Numbered from the stretch's first letter, positions 29,199 through 41,129 are shown. The stretch is DNA of 64,000 nt from Thermoanaerobaculia bacterium (GCA_041567315.1 JBFGCA010000004.1:20922-84921); one strand, 5' to 3'. Numbers and translations: made by a program. The notes: generated by a model not told the origin, from the sequence alone.

Positions 29199-30533
29199 TC
29201 AGCCGCCCAGGGTGACGACGAAGGCGGCGATCTTCATCGCGACTCGCATCACCGTTGGGGCGAGGTCCTCGACCGCCTTTGCCGCCTGTTTGAGGCCCTC
29301 AATCGAGAGGTCCAGGAATCCCCGATCGGGCTTTTCCTTGGTGGCCTCAGCGACCACCAGCTCGGCGGTCTTCGCTACTCGCTCGCCGTCCTCGGGTCTT
29401 TGCTCCGCCACCGTCTTGAGGGCCTCCTGTAGCTCGGCTATCAGTGCGGCAAGCCGCTCCTGCTGGTCGGCGGGCAGCATAGGTGCGTTTCGCACGATCT
29501 GGGTCACCCGCTCGAGGCGCGACTTGATGTTGACCGGACCCACGACATTCGACACCTGGATCTTGTCCTTCGACATGTCGACTCCTATCTGTTGCCCCAC
29601 CATGTTGAAGATTACATCGCGCGCCTGCGCCGAATAGCTCCCCTGTGTGCTGCCTTCTTGAATCAGTGCCCTCCGATAGCGGCGGACCTTCTCCTGGTCC
29701 TTCAGCTCGAGATAGTCCTCTTCGAACACGCTGACTTCATGGTTCACGGTCTGGCACAGCTCGTCGAGACGCGCCGCCGAGACCCTTCGAGGCTGGTACT
29801 CGTCGGGTACCCGCGAGTCGAATGCATGGTCGGGGTTGCGGCTCAGGAGGATCGTGGGCAGTAGCGCGGCGCGCACGGCGCCAAGCAGATAGAACTCGCG
29901 CGGTGACAGCTCTTCCACGAACGAGATGCAGAGGCTGGCCCTGGAAACCTGCTGCTCGTACGGGTGCTCGTAGGAGAGGTAGTCCACGCCCGCCGGCACC
30001 ATGATCGGACTGTATTTGAGCGTCTTGAGCTGCTCCTCGAGTCTGGCGCCGCCCCCCTCCGCCAGCGCCGAAGCTCCGATCACCAGGCACTGTCGCTGTC
30101 CCGAAGAGAGCTCGTAGGTCGGTGGGGGCTCGGTGCCTAGATAGGTCTTGAGAATGCGCAGCGCATGTCGGTGATTGCGGACCTCCCGCAACAGTTGACG
30201 GCGTGAGAACCGCCGCTGGAGCAGGGTGTCCGGTATCGAGTCGTCAGGTAGCACGTCCTCGACGAATATCAGAGCCGGCTTTCGGGCACGAACGCAGAGC
30301 GCGATCTCGTAGAGGATGTAGCTCGAGGGCTCGGGGTCTCGATACGGGAGGACCGCGATCATGCCGTCCGTATTGCGAAGATGGCGCTCGGCCTTGGCGG
30401 CGTTGAGATGGTCCTGATCGGCTGGCGGGTCGAGGCTGGGCGTCATGCCCTCGCTGAGCATGAGTTCCTGGAAGAACTCGTTGATGTCGTTGTCCGGTGG
30501 CCGGTAGCTGTGTGAGTAGTAGACGATGTACAT
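29199..30533 (-). CDS. Hypothetical protein on a lower-GC cassette: tandem TIR-like / flavodoxin-fold (SLOG-like) domains plus a C-terminal helical region
   Basis: 444 aa, starting at the ATG MYIVYYSHSY (the track ORF begins 2 codons earlier at a TTG). GC is about 55-63% against about 70% in the flanks. Rare codons (ata, cta, aga, agg). The N-terminal strand-helix pattern (YIVYYSH...DINEFFQEL...ILYEIALCVRARKPALIFVED) repeats in a second unit (CLVIGAS...LCISFVEELSPREFYLLGAVRAALLPTILL). Confidence 0.65.
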   Translation of the reverse strand: MYIVYYSHSYRPPDNDINEFFQELMLSEGMTPSLDPPADQDHLNAAKAERHLRNTDGMIAVLPYRDPEPSSYILYEIALCVRARKPALIFVEDVLPDDSIPDTLLQRRFSRRQLLREVRNHRHALRILKTYLGTEPPPTYELSSGQRQCLVIGASALAEGGGARLEEQLKTLKYSPIMVPAGVDYLSYEHPYEQQVSRASLCISFVEELSPREFYLLGAVRAALLPTILLSRNPDHAFDSRVPDEYQPRRVSAARLDELCQTVNHEVSVFEEDYLELKDQEKVRRYRRALIQEGSTQGSYSAQARDVIFNMVGQQIGVDMSKDKIQVSNVVGPVNIKSRLERVTQIVRNAPMLPADQQERLAALIAELQEALKTVAEQRPEDGERVAKTAELVVAEATKEKPDRGFLDLSIEGLKQAAKAVEDLAPTVMRVAMKIAAFVVTLGG

Positions 30534-30612
30534 CGGCAACGCCGTCCCGATTGGCTACCTGACCACCCAAGAGGTTGGGGGGTCGTGACGCGAGCCTGCC
30601 CGCATCGCGCGG

Positions 30613-31506
30613 CTACTCCGATTCGAACAGGCGGGTGCTGAAGTAGCGCTCGCCGCGGTCGCCGAAGACGACGACGACGTTGCCCTCGTCCATCTCGGCG
30701 GCGAGCTGTTGGGCGGCCCACAGGCAGGCGCCGGAGCTGAGGCCGGCGAGGATGCCCTCGCGGGCGGCGATCTCGCGGGTCACCCGGTAGGCGTCCTCTT
30801 CGGGGGCCTCGAAGGTGCGGTCCAGGAGCGAGCGGTCGTAGATCGGCGGCTGGTAGGTCTCCGAGGAGTGTTTGAGGCCGTCGATCTTGGCCCGCGGCTC
30901 GCCCCCCGGCTCGACGGCGCAGATGGCGGCCCGGATCCCGCGCTCGCGGAAGCACTCCGCGACCCCGGTCAGCGTGCCGCCGGTGCCGTAGCCGGCGACG
31001 AAGGCGTCGATCCGGCCGTCGAGGGCCGCCGCCACCTCGGCGCCGGTCTCCAGCCGGTGGACCTCGACGTTGTCGCGGTTCTCGTTCTGGTTGATGTAGA
31101 AGTAGCGGCCGGGCTCCGACTCGATCAGCTCCTTGGCGCCGAAGATGTGGCTGTCGGGGTCGTCCTTGGTGGTCAGCACCAGCTCGGCCCCCCAGTAGCG
31201 AAGCATCTTGCGGCGCTCCAGGGTCTTGTTCTCGAGCATGAAGAGCTTGAGCCGGTAGCCCTTGACCGCCGCCACCATCCCCAGCGCGATGCCGGTGTTG
31301 CCGCTGGTGGCCTCGACGATGGTCATCCCCGGCTCCAGCTCGCCGCGCCGCTCGGCCTCCTCGATCATGTAGCGGGCGATCCGGTCCTTGAGCGACCCGC
31401 TGGGGTTGGCCAGCTCCAGCTTGGCCCAGATCGCCACCCGCGGGTTGGGGCTCGACCGCGCCAGCCGCACCAGCGGCGTGTTCCCGATCTGCGCGAGGAC
31501 GTCCAT
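30613..31506 (-). CDS. Cysteine synthase (O-acetylserine sulfhydrylase, CysK/CysM family; PLP-dependent)
   Basis: 297 aa. PLP-lysine motif SGSLKDRIA, TSGNTGIALGMVAA, GTGGT loop. Confidence 0.9.
   Translation of the reverse strand: MDVLAQIGNTPLVRLARSSPNPRVAIWAKLELANPSGSLKDRIARYMIEEAERRGELEPGMTIVEATSGNTGIALGMVAAVKGYRLKLFMLENKTLERRKMLRYWGAELVLTTKDDPDSHIFGAKELIESEPGRYFYINQNENRDNVEVHRLETGAEVAAALDGRIDAFVAGYGTGGTLTGVAECFRERGIRAAICAVEPGGEPRAKIDGLKHSSETYQPPIYDRSLLDRTFEAPEEDAYRVTREIAAREGILAGLSSGACLWAAQQLAAEMDEGNVVVVFGDRGERYFSTRLFESE
30629..30653. repeat. Direct repeat copy B, lying within the last codons of the cysteine synthase gene
   Basis: Identical 25-mer. Encodes ...ERYFSTRLF of cysteine synthase on the minus strand. 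Confidence 0.7.
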
Positions 31507-31601
31507 TGGTCAGGTGAAACCCGGGTCGTCGCCGGGTCAGCAGCGGCCCAAGGATATGTCGACCCTGGCCCGGGCGCGAAATGCGGGCGCCCCCAGGGCT
31601 T

Positions 31602-32969
31602 TCAGCCGGTGGGTTCCGCCGGGCGGTCGGCGGCGTCCGGGCGGCGTCGGGGGGTCATCTCGAGCTTCTCGTAGATGGCGGCGAAGCGGGGGTTGGTGGC
31701 TTCGACCTGGGCGAGGACGCGCTGGGAGGCGGCTTTGTCGCCGGCGTGCTCGAGGGCCCAGGCCAGGTTGAGGCGGTTGTACAGCTTGAGGACGCCGCCT
31801 CCCATGCCCCAGTAGTAGATCGCGTCGTCGGCGCCGCGCATCCGCTCGATGGCCTCTTCGTACTGGCCCAGCATCGCCAGCCGCGAGCCCTCGAGGTGCA
31901 TCTCGAAGGCCTTCAGAAAACCGGCGTAGAGCGGGCTGGCGGTGTCGTCGTCCGCCATCCTGAGCAGCTCCTCCTCGATCGCCAGCGCCTCGGCCGTGCG
32001 GCCGCTGAGCACCGCCATGCGGTGGACCAGAAACGGCGGCTCCTCGAGGATCTGGTGGCAATGGACCATCTCGTCACGCCACGGCGCGTCGAAATCGAGG
32101 GCCAGGAAGGCCTTCCACAGACGCGCCCAGCAGCGCAGCTTCTCGATCTCCTTGCCGCAGTTGGGCGCCGCCCGGTCGACCACCGCGTCGAGGTTTTCGG
32201 GACGGCCCTCGAGCACCGCCAGGTTGAGCAGATTGAAGTATGAGGCGCAGAAGTCAGGCTTGATCGCCAGCGCCTGCTCGAGCTGGCTGCGGGCCTCGTC
32301 GTAGCGGCCGACCACCATCAACATCTCGCTCAGCGAGTCGTAGGGGTTGGCCTGGTCGGGGGCGATGAACTTGTAGGTCTCGAAGTGCTCCTCGGCCTCC
32401 TGGAACTTGCCCTGGGCGAGGGCCAGGTAGCCGAGGAGGTTGTGGGCCGTGACCCAGTTGGGGTCGGCCTCGAGCAGCCGCCGGAAGTGGCGCTCGGCCT
32501 TCTCCCAGTCCTGGTCATCGAAGGCCTGGGTCGAGCAGTTGAACAGGGCATAGGGGTCGCCGGGGTGGCGCTCCAGGTACTCCTCGAGCAGCCGGCGGGC
32601 GTCGTCGGTCCGGCGCTCGGCGACGGCCAGGGTGTAGCCCACAAGGAAGCGCTCGCGGTCGTTGAGCCGCTGGAGGTCGGCCTCGCGCAGCTCGGCGAGC
32701 AGCCGGTCGCGCTCCTCGCCGAACCACAGCAAGTCGATCAGCCGGACCTTGGCGGCGGCGAACCCGGGGTCGAGCTCGAGGGCTCGGCGGAAGTGCCCCA
32801 GCGCGTCGCGGCGGTAGTACTTCATGTGGGCTGCCAGCCCCCGCTCGAACTCGGCGAGCGCCTGCTCGGACGTGGTCGTCCACTGGGGCCCGCTGCCGCG
32901 GGCCATCACCATCATCGCGGCGCCGGCGAGGACCAGCGGCACGGCGATCCACCAGATCTTGCGCATCAT
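31602..32969 (-). CDS. TPR-repeat protein with N-terminal membrane anchor
   Basis: 455 aa with multiple TPR units. Start overlaps the upstream PP2C gene stop by 4 nt (ATGA). Confidence 0.7.
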   Translation of the reverse strand: MMRKIWWIAVPLVLAGAAMMVMARGSGPQWTTTSEQALAEFERGLAAHMKYYRRDALGHFRRALELDPGFAAAKVRLIDLLWFGEERDRLLAELREADLQRLNDRERFLVGYTLAVAERRTDDARRLLEEYLERHPGDPYALFNCSTQAFDDQDWEKAERHFRRLLEADPNWVTAHNLLGYLALAQGKFQEAEEHFETYKFIAPDQANPYDSLSEMLMVVGRYDEARSQLEQALAIKPDFCASYFNLLNLAVLEGRPENLDAVVDRAAPNCGKEIEKLRCWARLWKAFLALDFDAPWRDEMVHCHQILEEPPFLVHRMAVLSGRTAEALAIEEELLRMADDDTASPLYAGFLKAFEMHLEGSRLAMLGQYEEAIERMRGADDAIYYWGMGGGVLKLYNRLNLAWALEHAGDKAASQRVLAQVEATNPRFAAIYEKLEMTPRRRPDAADRPAEPTG

Positions 32970-35488
32970 CGAGCCTCCCGGTCGCGGGCGACCGCGACCA
33001 GCGTGATGTCGTCGTAGGGCTCACCACCCGAGGTGAAGGCCCGCAGCTCGGCCAGCACCCGGGCGATCACCGCGTCGGGCGCGGCGGGGGCGCCGGCGAC
33101 CACCGCCGCCAGCCGCTCGACGCCGAACGGCTCGCCGCCCGGGGCGCGCGCCTCGACGACGCCGTCCGAGTAGCCGAGCACCAGGTCGCCCGGCGCCATC
33201 GCCACCCGCTGGACCCGGTAGTCGCCGTTGAGGAGGGCGCCCAGCGGCAGGCGGTGGTCGGGCAGCGGCAGCTCGGCGACCTCACCGTCCCGCCGCCGCA
33301 CCAGCGGCTGCGGCTGGCCGGCCAGCACGTAGTCCAGCCCGTCGCCCTCCTCGGTCGTGGCCAGGTAGGCGAGGGCCACGAAGCTCTTGCGCTGGCCCAG
33401 GCCGTAGAGCCGCCGGTTGGCGAGCGCCATCAGCCGTCCCGGCTCGGAGTGGCTGAGGGCGAGGGAGTGGAGCGCCTCGTGGGCGGCCATCATCAGCAGC
33501 GCCCCCGACACCGACTTGCCGGCCACGTCGCCGTAGACCAGCGCCCGCGAGCCGCTGCGGGTGCCGGGCAGCTGGGTGTAGAAGTCGCCGCCGACGTGGC
33601 GGGCCGGCCGGCAGACCGCCGCCACCCGCCAGCCGGGGCCCAGGTCGAGGGCGGCCGGCAGCAGCTCGCTCTGCACCGCGGCGGCGATCTGCAGCTCGCG
33701 CTCGAGCTCCGCCTGCTGGGTCCGCTCCTCGAGCAGCAGACTGGTCTCGAGGGCGATCGCCGCCTGGTCGAGCAGGCTGTCGAGCAGGTCCAGCTCGCTG
33801 CGGTCGAGCTCCATCTGACCGCGCTTGCCCGACAGCAGGACGATGCCGATCCGCCGCCGCGGCGAGGCCAGCTCGCCGGCCAGCTCCACCCCCGCCGCCT
33901 GCAGGGCGTCGATGCCGCCGGCCAGCTCGGCCGAGACGCCGGGGCTGTCGCGCAGGACCGCCAGCTCGCGCAGCCGCCGCCGGCTGGGCAGCTCGGCGGC
34001 GGCGCCGGGCAGCGGCAGCTTGGCGGGCAGCCGGTCGGGACCGGCCACCCGCTCGAGACGGTCGCCACGGATCAGATAGAGGGCGGCGAAGTGAAGTCCC
34101 ATCACCTGCGGCAGCCGGTCCACCAGGTCGCGGACCACCTGCTGGAGATCCACCTGGGCGGTCAGCGCCCGTCCCAGCTCGCGCATCGCCTCCTCGAGCC
34201 GCCGCCGCTCGGCGAAGAAGGAGCGGTCGACGATCACCTGGAGGCGATGCCGCACCGGCTCGAAAAGCAGCACGATGACCAGCGCGAAGAGCAGCGGGAA
34301 GTAGGGCGAGGCGGCCAGCGGGCTGCCCTTGGCCACCACGTTGAACAGCGTGATGCCCAGTGCGTAGAGGGCGGTCACCACCGCGGTGGTGGCGGTGTAG
34401 AGCAGGCTCTTGCGCAGGATGACCCGGATGTCGAGGAGCTGGAAGCGAACGATCCCGTAGGTGAAGGTGAGCGGCACCAGGGCGAGCGGCGCCAGCCCGT
34501 AGTAGAGGAACTTCTCGGTGTGGAGAAAGGACGGGAAGGCGACCGCCGTGGTCAGGAACGGCAACAGGCCGAAGACCGACCCGAAGAGCACCAGCGCCGC
34601 CCCCCGCCGCAGCCGCGGATCGGCCAGCCGCCGGGTGTTGAGGGTGAGGGCCACCAGCCCGAGGACCATGTAGATGGCCAGCACCCACCAGTTGGCCGCC
34701 GGCGCGCCGCTGATCAACGGCAGCTCGACGCCGCGCAGCCGAGCGCGCATCAGGGTGCCGGCGAGCACCAGCGGCGGCAACAGATAGACCGTCGTCAGCA
34801 GGGTCAGCCACGCCCGCCGCCGCCGCCGGAAACCGGGCTCGCCGGGCTCCGGCCGCGCCGCCACCGGCCGCGGGAAGACCAGGAAGAAATGCAGAAAGCA
34901 GGCGGGGAGGAAGAGCAGCGCCACCATGCCGGTGGTCAGCACGAAGCTGTCGACCCAGGTGTAGGAGGCCGGCCGCAGGCGGCAGACCAGGAACAGCAGG
35001 AAGAGGATCGAGAGCACGAAGAACAGCTGGGCGGGGCGCAGGGCGGGCTGCCGGCTGAGCACGAACAGACCCACGAAGAAGAACGCGAACCCCAGCAGAC
35101 AGGCGTAGAGGTAGGGTCCGCCGCCGGCCCGGCGGCGGCCCAGCTCGACCTCGACCTCGCGCAGGCCCTCGCGGTCCTTGACCAGATAGGGCACCGAGGC
35201 CCCCACGCTGTAGCGGTTGAGCAGCACCGCGGCGTGGGTGGTCGAGCGCAGCATGGTGCGTCCGATCCCCAGGATGCGGTCGCCGGGGCGGATGCCGGCC
35301 CGATGGGCGCCGCTGTCCTTGACCACCTGCCGGACCCGCAGCTCGGCCGGAGCGTCGGCCTCCAGCACCACCCCGTCGTAGGGCCGCGGCAGGTACATGT
35401 CGGCAATCGACAGACCGGCCAGCAGAAAGGCGATCAGACCGAACGCCTGGAGCACACGGGTGACCCTGGGGCGCGAGGTGCCCATCAC
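32966..35488 (-). CDS. PDZ / multi-TM / GAF / PP2C (SpoIIE-RsbU-type) serine phosphatase
   Basis: 840 aa. N-terminal PDZ-like region (RVRQVVKDSGAHRAGIRPGDRILGIG), about 8 TM helices, a GAF-like region and a C-terminal PP2C domain (GDFYTQ...YGDVAGKSVSGAL...DDITLV). Confidence 0.8.
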   Translation of the reverse strand: MMGTSRPRVTRVLQAFGLIAFLLAGLSIADMYLPRPYDGVVLEADAPAELRVRQVVKDSGAHRAGIRPGDRILGIGRTMLRSTTHAAVLLNRYSVGASVPYLVKDREGLREVEVELGRRRAGGGPYLYACLLGFAFFFVGLFVLSRQPALRPAQLFFVLSILFLLFLVCRLRPASYTWVDSFVLTTGMVALLFLPACFLHFFLVFPRPVAARPEPGEPGFRRRRRAWLTLLTTVYLLPPLVLAGTLMRARLRGVELPLISGAPAANWWVLAIYMVLGLVALTLNTRRLADPRLRRGAALVLFGSVFGLLPFLTTAVAFPSFLHTEKFLYYGLAPLALVPLTFTYGIVRFQLLDIRVILRKSLLYTATTAVVTALYALGITLFNVVAKGSPLAASPYFPLLFALVIVLLFEPVRHRLQVIVDRSFFAERRRLEEAMRELGRALTAQVDLQQVVRDLVDRLPQVMGLHFAALYLIRGDRLERVAGPDRLPAKLPLPGAAAELPSRRRLRELAVLRDSPGVSAELAGGIDALQAAGVELAGELASPRRRIGIVLLSGKRGQMELDRSELDLLDSLLDQAAIALETSLLLEERTQQAELERELQIAAAVQSELLPAALDLGPGWRVAAVCRPARHVGGDFYTQLPGTRSGSRALVYGDVAGKSVSGALLMMAAHEALHSLALSHSEPGRLMALANRRLYGLGQRKSFVALAYLATTEEGDGLDYVLAGQPQPLVRRRDGEVAELPLPDHRLPLGALLNGDYRVQRVAMAPGDLVLGYSDGVVEARAPGGEPFGVERLAAVVAGAPAAPDAVIARVLAELRAFTSGGEPYDDITLVAVARDREAR

Positions 35489-35533
35489 CGGTGGTACGAG
35501 GAAAGCGGCCCGGGGTTCGCGGCCATCGGTTTC

Positions 35534-38068
<2,535 letters not shown>

Positions 38069-38279
38069 GACAGCGAGGATCTTAGTACCCGGGTGGCCGC
38101 GAACCCCCGCGGCGGCGGCCTCCCGCCCGTGGGCGAGGGTCGGTGGGTTGGCTGGAGGGGTGGTGGTCTGCGGTGGTGCCCCCGCCCCCGGCCGCCTCGC
38201 GGCGCTGCGGGCTGCTCGCTACCGGGCCGGCGGACGAAGGGTCGACTTGCTCCGGGCAGTTTCCCGGCTGCGCACGGCT

Positions 38280-40550
38280 TCAGCGGATGACGGGGGCGTC
38301 GCGGCGGTTCCAGAAGGGGCCGCGGCGGGGAGGGAGAGCGCCGCGGCGGAAGATCTCCTGGCGGCGGCCGTCGCCGGAGTGGCGGACGCGGAGGCCGGTC
38401 GACTCTTCGACCCAGTGGGTGACGACGGCGTCGGGGCGGGTCGCGGGCCGGCCCAGGCGGGCGGGGGCGGCGCGCTCCATGAACCGGCGCCAGAGAGGGG
38501 CGGCGGCGGCGGCGCCGGAGAGGCCGGCGGCACCGCCCTCGTCGCGGCCGATCCAGACGGCGGTGACCAGGCCGCCGGCGCCGCCGACGAACCAGGCGTC
38601 GCGGCCGCCGTCGGAGGTGCCGGTCTTGCCGAAGGGCCGGAGTGAGGGCGGGAGCGGTGCGCGCCGTTCGCCGGCCTCGGTGAGCAGGTCGCGGACCAGG
38701 TAGGCGGCGGCGGCCGAGGCCACCCGCCGGTCGCTCGGACGGTCGCGGTCGAGGCGCCGGCCGTCGGGCCGCCGGAGCTCGTGGTAGGGGCGCGGCAGCG
38801 GCCGGCGGCCGAGCTTGCCGGCGAAGGTGGCGTAGGCGGCGGACAGCTCGAGCGGCGTGGTCTCGACGGCGCCGAGGACGAAGGCCGGGGCCGGCTCCGG
38901 GGGCAGGTCGAGACCGGCGCGGCGGAAGCGCTCGGCGATGGCCCCCCACCCGCACCAGCGGGCGAGACGCACGAAGGGAGGGTTGAGCGAGTCGACCAGC
39001 GCGCGGCGCAGCGACACCGGGCCGCGGTAGCGCCCGTCCGGATTGGCGGGCTCCCACGGACCAGGGGAGGTGGCGATGGCGATCGGTCCGTCCTCGACCA
39101 GATGGGCGGGGTAGAGGGGCCGCTGGCCGCCACAGCGCTCGAAGGCCTCGAGCAGCACCAGCGGCTTGACCGTCGATCCCGGCTGCCGGCGGGCGCGCCG
39201 GCCGCGGTCGAAGGCGTCGGGACGCCGGGGATCGCCGCCGACGTAGGCCACCACGTCGCCGCTTGTCGCGTCGAGGGCGACCAGGGCGGCCGACAGGTCG
39301 CGACCGCCCAGCCGGGAGAGGGCAGCGCTTACCTCACGCTCGGCCAGCTCCTGGAGCCAGGGGTCGAGGGTCGACCACACCACGACCCCGCGACCGTCGT
39401 CCAGGCGCCGGCTGGCCACCTCCGCGGCCCGCTCGCGGAGCCAGTCGAGGTAGGCGGCGGCCGGCGCCGTCTCCGGGGGCCGCAGCTTGAGGGCCGGCAG
39501 TCCCCGCCGCCGGGCCGCCGCCAGCTCGGCGGGCGGCGCCCAGCCCAGCTCCTCCAGACGATCCAGCACCCAGCGCTGGCGGGCCAGCGCGCGCTCCGGA
39601 TGCCGAGTCGGGTGGAGCCGGTTGGGGCCCTGGATCAATGCCGCCAGCAGCGTCGCCTGACCGAGGTCGAGACGGGTGGCCGATCTGCCGAAGTAGGCCT
39701 CGGCGGCGGCGCCGAAGCCGTGGACGGCGACGCCGCCGAGGTGTCCGAGATAGACGGCGTTGAGATAGGCCCCGAGGATCTCCTCCTTGTCGTGCTCGGC
39801 TTCGAGCGCCAGGGCGCGGAGCGCCTCCGAGGCCTTCCGCCCCAGCGTCCGCCGCGGGCTGAGGTCGCGCAGCTTGACCAGTTGCTGGGTGACGGTGCTG
39901 CCGCCCTGCACCACCTTGCCGGCCCGCGCGTTGCGCAACAGCGCCCGCGCCAGCGCCCGCGCGTCGACGCCCCGGTGCTCGAAGAAGCGGGCGTCCTCGG
40001 CCGCCAGCACCGCCCGCCACAGATGCTCGGGCAGCTCCTCGAAACGCACCAGCCGCCGCCGTCCGTAGCGCGGATCGAACGACTCGGCCAGCAGCTCGGG
40101 CTCCAGCCAGACATCGCCCTCCTGGCCCTCCACCCTTCCCAGCACCCGTCCGTCGGCCGCCCGCAGCCGCAGCCCCACCAGCCCGGCCGGGTGGCGCCGC
40201 CGCCGCACCCGATGCTCGCGCCGGTAGATCCAGAACACCTCGTGTCCCCAGAAGAACTCCCCGGCCGCCGCCGGCCGCCGGTGCACCCGCCGGTACCCCA
40301 GCCGCTCGAGCCGCTCGGGCAGCGCCAGCTCCTGCACCGTCGCCCCCGCCTCCACCACCAGCGGCGCCCCCCAGATCCGCACCTCGTTGCGCCCCAGATC
40401 CTCCTCCAGCCCCGCCGCCACCGAGGGCGCCGCGGTGCCGATGACCACCAGCGCCAAAGTCCCGATCAAGCGCCGCGCCCGCCCCGTTTCCAACACGGCC
40501 TTGACGATCTTCAGTCTCACCGACTGTTCTTCTGGCTGACTGAAATCCAT
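38280..40550 (-). CDS. Class A penicillin-binding protein (GT51 transglycosylase + transpeptidase; PbpC-like)
   Basis: GT51 motif EDARFFEHRGVD. Transpeptidase motifs STVKP, SLN, KTGT. N-terminal TM anchor. Confidence 0.85.
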   Translation of the reverse strand: MDFSQPEEQSVRLKIVKAVLETGRARRLIGTLALVVIGTAAPSVAAGLEEDLGRNEVRIWGAPLVVEAGATVQELALPERLERLGYRRVHRRPAAAGEFFWGHEVFWIYRREHRVRRRRHPAGLVGLRLRAADGRVLGRVEGQEGDVWLEPELLAESFDPRYGRRRLVRFEELPEHLWRAVLAAEDARFFEHRGVDARALARALLRNARAGKVVQGGSTVTQQLVKLRDLSPRRTLGRKASEALRALALEAEHDKEEILGAYLNAVYLGHLGGVAVHGFGAAAEAYFGRSATRLDLGQATLLAALIQGPNRLHPTRHPERALARQRWVLDRLEELGWAPPAELAAARRRGLPALKLRPPETAPAAAYLDWLRERAAEVASRRLDDGRGVVVWSTLDPWLQELAEREVSAALSRLGGRDLSAALVALDATSGDVVAYVGGDPRRPDAFDRGRRARRQPGSTVKPLVLLEAFERCGGQRPLYPAHLVEDGPIAIATSPGPWEPANPDGRYRGPVSLRRALVDSLNPPFVRLARWCGWGAIAERFRRAGLDLPPEPAPAFVLGAVETTPLELSAAYATFAGKLGRRPLPRPYHELRRPDGRRLDRDRPSDRRVASAAAAYLVRDLLTEAGERRAPLPPSLRPFGKTGTSDGGRDAWFVGGAGGLVTAVWIGRDEGGAAGLSGAAAAAPLWRRFMERAAPARLGRPATRPDAVVTHWVEESTGLRVRHSGDGRRQEIFRRGALPPRRGPFWNRRDAPVIR

Positions 40551-40973
40551 TTCCAGTCTCGCGAAGCAACGGCTGTGCCATACCCCCGAGAGATAGATTC
40601 TGGCTGTTCATGCTTCCGAGGCTTGCACGGCGTTCGGCGGTGCATGCCCGCCGCCGGCGGAAGCAGAAGAGAAGAGCTGGGTAGGGCGCGGTAGTGGCCC
40701 TCGGCCGAAAAAGGAGTTGCGAGACCGCGGAGTCATCCCCACAGGAGCTGAGGTGCCTCAGCGGCCGCACTGGTCGTGGCCCTTCTCAACGCCAAGCCAC
40801 CGGCGCCTCTAGCTCGAGCCCTCCATCCACGAGCGGAACGGTTCGCGGCAGTGGGTCGGCCCCCCACGGACCGGGCAGGAGCCGGCCGGGGTGGGGCTCG
40901 ACAGGGGCCTTGAGACGAGCGCTTGCGACACGCCCCGAAGGTCACGGACCGTGCGGCGCGAAGGCGAAAGGAG

Positions 40974-41010
40974 GAGCGGGCCTCCGCTCTGAAGTGTGTC
41001 AGGCCCGCTC
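40974..41010. other. Stable hairpin (9-bp GC-rich stem gagcgggcc / ggcccgctc, 19-nt loop) inside the 580-bp intergenic region upstream of ku
   Basis: Seen directly in the sequence. A second hairpin, gctgagg-tg-cctcagc, lies at about 40747..40762. Confidence 0.3.
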
Positions 41011-41129
41011 CGTCCCCAGGCGCGCCCCACCCCGGTCGGCTCTCGCCACCGCCATCCAGGCCGACCCGCTGCCTCACAAACCGTCCGCAAACCCCGAAAT
41101 CCCTTTGGTCATGCTAAGATCCGCCGATC

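Larger units (their letters stand above)
29155..30653. mobile_element. Putative integrated mini-island or cassette inserted at the 3' end of the cysteine synthase gene; no integrase present
   Basis: Bounded by perfect 25-bp direct repeats. Interior GC about 55-63% against about 70% in the flanks. Carries the single rare-codon ORF 29199..30533. A displaced cysK 3' remnant sits at the distal end. Confidence 0.45.

Noticed and set aside
29188-29637. Plus-strand 149-aa ORF inside the cassette.
   Set aside because: It is antisense to the rare-codon TIR-like ORF, Ser/Thr/Ala-rich low-complexity sequence, with no ribosome-binding site.
29155-30653. Integrase, transposase or attC-type inverted repeats that would classify the cassette as an integrative element, IS or integron cassette.
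   Set aside because: No recombinase gene, terminal inverted repeats or attC-like structure is detectable in the window. The mobile-element call therefore rests only on direct repeats plus compositional shift and is given low-moderate confidence.
40551-41129. Possible RNase P RNA, tmRNA or SRP RNA in the large intergenic region.
   Set aside because: None of the hallmark motifs is present (GGAAAGUCCGGGCUCC / ACAGAANCCGGCUUA for RNase P, the tag-peptide reading frame for tmRNA, the SRP domain IV motif). Only generic hairpins are seen.
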